Source: an uncultured Verrucomicrobiae bacterium
GTDB taxonomy: Bacteria > Verrucomicrobiota > Verrucomicrobiia > Chthoniobacterales > UBA10450
Length of the DNA: 64,000 nt
Assembly (NCBI GenBank): GCA_963834385.1
Contig: CAWIBO010000002.1
Span: 320,001 to 384,000, forward strand
Direction of reading: 5' to 3'
Positions 59,780 through 64,000 of the stretch are shown one piece after another. Both the position numbers and the translations under genes were made by a program. The notes under the pieces are model-generated. The model did no database searches, had not been told where the DNA came from, and saw nothing but the letters and a program-made list of their open reading frames with translations. The first letter of the stretch is position 1. Each line of letters opens with the position of its first letter.

Positions 59780-60976
59780 ATGCTCCTGACCGTCAGCAAG
59801 CGCCTCGAGTTTTGCGCTTCCCGCCGGCTGGCTCTCCCCGGGCGGACGGCGGCGCAGAACCGGGTCGATTTCGGGGCGGAGAGCGCGGCCCGCTACGGCA
59901 CCGGCCGGAATTATGTCGCCTGGTTCGTCCTCACCGGCACGGTGGACGAAAAGACGGGGATGCTGGTGAACATCAGCGAGATCAAACGCCGCGCCGCCGC
60001 CATCGTGGACGAGCGTTTCGACCACAAATTCCTGAACGCCGATCACCCGGCGTTTCGCGAGGCCGCGCCCACGGCGGAAAATATCGCGCGCCAGCTCCTG
60101 CAGGAGGCGCTGCCGGCTTTTGCCGGGATCAAGGCGGAGCTGACGGCGGTGCACCTGCGCGAAAACCGTTACCGGTCCGCCACCGTTTACGCCTCGGGCG
60201 CGACCGAGGCCAACCATTGGTTCGAGTTCTCGGCCGCGCGCCAGACGATGTCGCCCCATCTTTCCCAGGAGGAGAACGAACAGCTTTTCGGCGCGGCGGC
60301 CTCGCCCGCCGGGCACGGTCATCATTACCGGGCCCGGATCACCTTTCGCGACACCTTCCCGCCGGTCTCAGCGGTGGAGAAGACCCTGCTGGAACAGCGC
60401 GATCTTCTCGATCACAAGAACCTGAACCAGGAAGTGCCGGCGTTACGTGGCCGGCCAATCACAACTGAGTCGCTCGCGCGCTGGCTGCGCGAAACGCTGT
60501 CCGGGGACCTGCCCGTGTGCGGCGTTCGTTTGCATGAGCGTGACGATTTTTTCGCGGAAGCCTGGCCGGAGGGCGAGACGCTGCTGGGGCTCCGGCGTTC
60601 CTTCAGCGCGGCGCATCGGCTGCATTCCTCCGCGTTGACGGAGGAAGAGAACCGAACGCTTTACGACAAGTGCAACAACGAGCTGGGGCATGGGCACACC
60701 TATGTGGCCGAGGCGACAATCCGCGGTCCCTATGATGAACGCACGGGGACGGTCTCATCCTTCGACCGGTTGCAGCAGGGTCTGGCCGAGGCGGTGGCGC
60801 CATGGGAAGACCGGCACCTCGACCTCGAGACCGATGAATTCCGGGACCATCCCTCCACGGGCGAGAACATCGTGCGCGCCCTCTGGGAGAAGGTGAACGG
60901 TCGTTTGGACGACCAGCTGGTCCGCTTGCGGCTCTGGGAAACCGCCAATAACCGGTTTACCCTGCGGCGTTCATGA
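59780..60976 (+). CDS. 6-pyruvoyl-tetrahydropterin synthase-like protein with three tandem T-fold domains
   Basis: Three repeats of F(S/C)A(A/S)-..EEN..(F/Y)G..GHGH.Y..DH(K/R).L..T.E; the third has AAHRL, KCNNELGHGHTY, STGENI, LWET. Confidence 0.85.
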   Translation: MLLTVSKRLEFCASRRLALPGRTAAQNRVDFGAESAARYGTGRNYVAWFVLTGTVDEKTGMLVNISEIKRRAAAIVDERFDHKFLNADHPAFREAAPTAENIARQLLQEALPAFAGIKAELTAVHLRENRYRSATVYASGATEANHWFEFSAARQTMSPHLSQEENEQLFGAAASPAGHGHHYRARITFRDTFPPVSAVEKTLLEQRDLLDHKNLNQEVPALRGRPITTESLARWLRETLSGDLPVCGVRLHERDDFFAEAWPEGETLLGLRRSFSAAHRLHSSALTEEENRTLYDKCNNELGHGHTYVAEATIRGPYDERTGTVSSFDRLQQGLAEAVAPWEDRHLDLETDEFRDHPSTGENIVRALWEKVNGRLDDQLVRLRLWETANNRFTLRRS

Positions 60977-61665
60977 AACGTTATCTTGTCACCGGCGCCA
61001 GCCGCGGCATCGGACGGGCCATCGCCCTGAGATTGGCGGCGCCCCAGACGACGATCATTCTCCATGGGCGCGATGAGAAGGCGCTGGCCGAGGTCCGCGC
61101 GGGTGTGGAAGAGCGCGGCGCCACCGCCCGCGTTGCCCCGGCTGACCTCGCCACCCCGGAAGGGGTGGAGGGTTTGGTCGCCGCCCTGGGCGGCGAAAAA
61201 CTTGACGTCCTGATCAACAACGCCGGCCTCGCCGTGGTGAAACCGCTCGCGGAGATCTCGCTCGCGGAATGGCAGCGCAGCCTGGCCGTGAACGTGACCG
61301 CGCCGTTCCTTCTCACCCAGAAGCTGGCCGACCGGATTCCGCGCGGCGGAAGCGTGGTCAACATTCTTTCCATCGCCGCCCGGACCGGGTTTCCGGGCTG
61401 GAGCGGTTATTGCGCAAGCAAGTTTGCCCTCGAGGGTTTCTCGCAGGCGGTCCGGGAGGAGTTCCGGCCGCGGGGGGTGCGGGTGATCAACATCTACCCC
61501 GCCGCGACCGACACCGAAATCTGGGAGGGGGTGGAGGGGGAATGGCCGCGCGAAAAGATGATGCGGGCCGAGGAGATCGCCGGGGCTGTGTCTTTTGCCC
61601 TGGCGCAGCCCGAGACGACCACGGTCGAGAATATCACTCTTTCGGCGACGGCGGGCGCCCTTTAG
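60973..61665 (+). CDS. SDR oxidoreductase (candidate sepiapterin/pteridine reductase)
   Basis: TGASRGIG, NNAG, YCASK; ATGA overlap with the PTPS gene; substrate inferred from context. Confidence 0.85.
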   Translation: MKRYLVTGASRGIGRAIALRLAAPQTTIILHGRDEKALAEVRAGVEERGATARVAPADLATPEGVEGLVAALGGEKLDVLINNAGLAVVKPLAEISLAEWQRSLAVNVTAPFLLTQKLADRIPRGGSVVNILSIAARTGFPGWSGYCASKFALEGFSQAVREEFRPRGVRVINIYPAATDTEIWEGVEGEWPREKMMRAEEIAGAVSFALAQPETTTVENITLSATAGAL

Positions 61666-61674
61666 GCGCGACGT

Positions 61675-61893
61675 CTACTCGTAGCGGCCGCGGGCGGAAA
61701 GTTCACCGCGCAATTCCGACTGCAGCTTCGGGCTCAACCGGCTCAGGATCTGTTCCCGCCGTTTCGGATCCACGCTCAGGAGCTGGCGCATAAACTTTTC
61801 CCGGGTGCGCCGCGCTTCGAAACGGCTGAAGAAGACGGCCGCAGCCAGGACGGCGGCGATGAACCAGACAACCAGCGCGCCGGCCGTGACCAT
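61675..61893 (-). CDS. small membrane protein
   Basis: Single TM segment; starts 3 bp after the phhA stop. Confidence 0.55.
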   Translation of the reverse strand: MVTAGALVVWFIAAVLAAAVFFSRFEARRTREKFMRQLLSVDPKRREQILSRLSPKLQSELRGELSARGRYE

Positions 61894-61896
61894 GGC

Positions 61897-63681
61897 CTAG
61901 GAGGAAGCGGTCTGCAGACCGGTTTTGTGATAGGTCACCAGGCGGAAACCCCACTCGATCACCGTCGCCTTCGCCTTGTCCTCCGCTTTTCTTTGGTTGA
62001 GGAAAGTGACGATCTTCTGCTTTAGCTCGTTTTGCTCGCCCGCCTCGTCGAGGATCTCGAAAATCTCCATCGAGAGAAGCCAGTCATCCGGATGCTCGGC
62101 CTGCTGGGTTTCCCAGATCTCGCCGAGGCGCTCGTAGCCGACCTTGCGGGCGCGAATGTCGCGCACCTGCTGGTAAAGGCTCTCGAGCTTCTTCCGCCGG
62201 GCATCGGACGGCACCTTGATCGTGCGCTCTTTCGGGACGAGCGCGACCTGGTTGTAGGTGTCCTTGTCGGCCGCGCCGTTGAAGACGGAGGTGATGCGTT
62301 CGCCCACCGCCATGTCGAAGGTCCCCCAGTCCGGGTCGAACAGGACGCGGTCGCCCAGCCGCACCGAGCAGTTCGAAAAAGTCAGCAGGAGCAAACGCCC
62401 GTCTTCGCGCACGATTCGTTCCACCTTGCCCGCGACCACGACGCCGCTGACGAAGTTGATCGTCGCTTTCATCCCGGCGGCGATGCCGATGCTCTGCAAC
62501 TGGTCGTCCGTCAGGTTTTCCGGCGGCACGCTGATGTTCCGCCAGCCGCCCACGGGCGCGCCGAAGCCTTTCGCATGGTAATCGCTTCCGTGCCCTTCGA
62601 GCTGTTTGTTCTCCCACGCCAGCGCGGTCGGTCCGGTCGTCCGGAGATAAATGGGTTCGCCCTTCTCCCCGGGGAGGACCTGGGTGAAGGTGCCGCTCAC
62701 CTGCAGCCCGGAGGAATACTGGCAGGTCGCGGTGTTCCGGCTTTCGATCGCCTTGTTGACTCCCTCCAGTCCGCCGACCTGGAAGGCCATGGTGGCGGCG
62801 AATTCCTCGAGGACGGTGCTCAGGTGCTTGAAATCGCGGCAGACGAAGAGCTGCGGCTGTTTCGTCGTGATATCGAACGGGGTCTGAGCCGCCTCGATCG
62901 AATACCAGAGTTTTTTGACCTCGGGTTCCAGGCAGGAAACAGATTCGCCGATCGAGGAAAGGAGGCCCGCGCCATAGATTTTCGGTTTCTCCAGCGTCCC
63001 GATCAGGCCGTATTCGACCGTCCACCAGTGCAGACGCGAGAGGAGCGCCATCTCGGAAGGTTCCCCGAGGTTTTTCTGGCGCTCTTCCACCTCGCGGGTG
63101 GCTTTTTCCAGCTCTTTGGGGTCGGAATTCGGCAGTTCTTTCAGGATGGAAAGATGCCGGATGGCCTCGTAGAGCTCGAAATCCTTGCGCGACTGCATCG
63201 CTCTCGCGCCCACTTCGCCGAAACGCTGGAGGTAATCGGAATATTCGCGGTCGACAATGATCGGCGCGTGCCCGGCCGCCTCGTGCACGATGTCGGGCGC
63301 GGGCGTGTATTCAATGTGATGGATCTGCCGCATGTCGCAGGCAATGACGAGAACCTTGTAAGCCTGGAACTCCATGAAGGCGGCCGGCGGGATGAACCCA
63401 TCCACCGCCACCGCCCCCCAGCCGATGCGGCCGAGGATGTCGTTCATCTCCTCGATGCGCGGGATGCGGTCGAAGGAGATGCCGGTTTCGAGCAGACCCT
63501 TGAAATAGACCTTGTGCGCGTATTCCTTCAGGAAAAAGGCGTTCTGGCGCATGATAAAACGCCAGACGGCATGGTCGACCGGGGTGTAATCGTCGTAACG
63601 CTGATCGACCGCGAATTGGAGCAGATGTTTTGGCAGCGACTGCACCGCCGCATTGGTTAGGCTGAAAGGTTGAAGGCTCAT
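61897..63681 (-). CDS. phhA: aromatic amino acid (phenylalanine 4-) hydroxylase, long form
   Basis: YTPAPDIVHEAAGH, WWTVEYGL, YGAGLLSS iron/pterin motifs plus ~300-aa C-terminal extension. Confidence 0.93.
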   Translation of the reverse strand: MSLQPFSLTNAAVQSLPKHLLQFAVDQRYDDYTPVDHAVWRFIMRQNAFFLKEYAHKVYFKGLLETGISFDRIPRIEEMNDILGRIGWGAVAVDGFIPPAAFMEFQAYKVLVIACDMRQIHHIEYTPAPDIVHEAAGHAPIIVDREYSDYLQRFGEVGARAMQSRKDFELYEAIRHLSILKELPNSDPKELEKATREVEERQKNLGEPSEMALLSRLHWWTVEYGLIGTLEKPKIYGAGLLSSIGESVSCLEPEVKKLWYSIEAAQTPFDITTKQPQLFVCRDFKHLSTVLEEFAATMAFQVGGLEGVNKAIESRNTATCQYSSGLQVSGTFTQVLPGEKGEPIYLRTTGPTALAWENKQLEGHGSDYHAKGFGAPVGGWRNISVPPENLTDDQLQSIGIAAGMKATINFVSGVVVAGKVERIVREDGRLLLLTFSNCSVRLGDRVLFDPDWGTFDMAVGERITSVFNGAADKDTYNQVALVPKERTIKVPSDARRKKLESLYQQVRDIRARKVGYERLGEIWETQQAEHPDDWLLSMEIFEILDEAGEQNELKQKIVTFLNQRKAEDKAKATVIEWGFRLVTYHKTGLQTASS

Positions 63682-63780
63682 CGGTCTCTTTATTTGCCGG
63701 CACGCGGGAGCGGGCGGGGGGCACCCCTAACGTACGCCCGCGCGCGGCCGCATCAAGACGCTTTCCCGAAAAAGGACCCG

Positions 63781-64000
63781 CTTCTTTGGCTCAATTTCCT
63801 CTGCCTTGATGCGCCCCTCGTGGCGGTGACGTGGCAGGCGCTGTTCGCGGAGGCCGCGGAGGTTGCTCCCGGCTGGGCCGCCCGCGCGGCCTTGTTCGCC
63901 GCGGCCTGGCTCATTTATCTGGGCGACCGCTGGGCCGATGCAGGCAGGCTGCCGGCAGACGCGCCCCGTTCACGCCGGCAGCAGTTCTGTCTCGACCATC
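63781..64000 (+). CDS. 3'-truncated membrane protein (UbiA-like), start uncertain
   Basis: Open frame LLWLNFLCLDAPLVAVTWQ...WLIYLGDRWAD running off the window end. Confidence 0.55.

Overview
GC-rich bacterial chromosomal segment, by gene content most like Verrucomicrobia/Chthoniobacterales (inference). It is mostly housekeeping and metabolic: rpoZ-smpB, ruvA, tRNA-Ser(TGA), glnB-glnA, dnaE, recF, ald, rnpA-yidD-yidC-jag, nhaA and tamB-tamA-like genes. No CRISPR array, prophage or transposase is visible. Highlights: (1) an hppD-hmgA-folE-PTPS-SDR operon converging on a long-form phenylalanine hydroxylase, which looks like an animal-type tetrahydrobiopterin supply pathway, with a PTPS built from three tandem domains; (2) an egtB-egtD ergothioneine operon translationally coupled to a betaine-type ABC importer; (3) a CarH-like B12 photoreceptor with an operator-like direct repeat; (4) intergenic spaces filled with mosaics of at least six REP-like or short-period repeat families, including a ~288-bp composite unit tandemly amplified about three times; (5) an unassigned ~210-nt structured non-coding region after jag. 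At least seven genes between 29 and 59 kb, including glnA and yidC, carry single frameshifts that are most likely sequencing or assembly indels.
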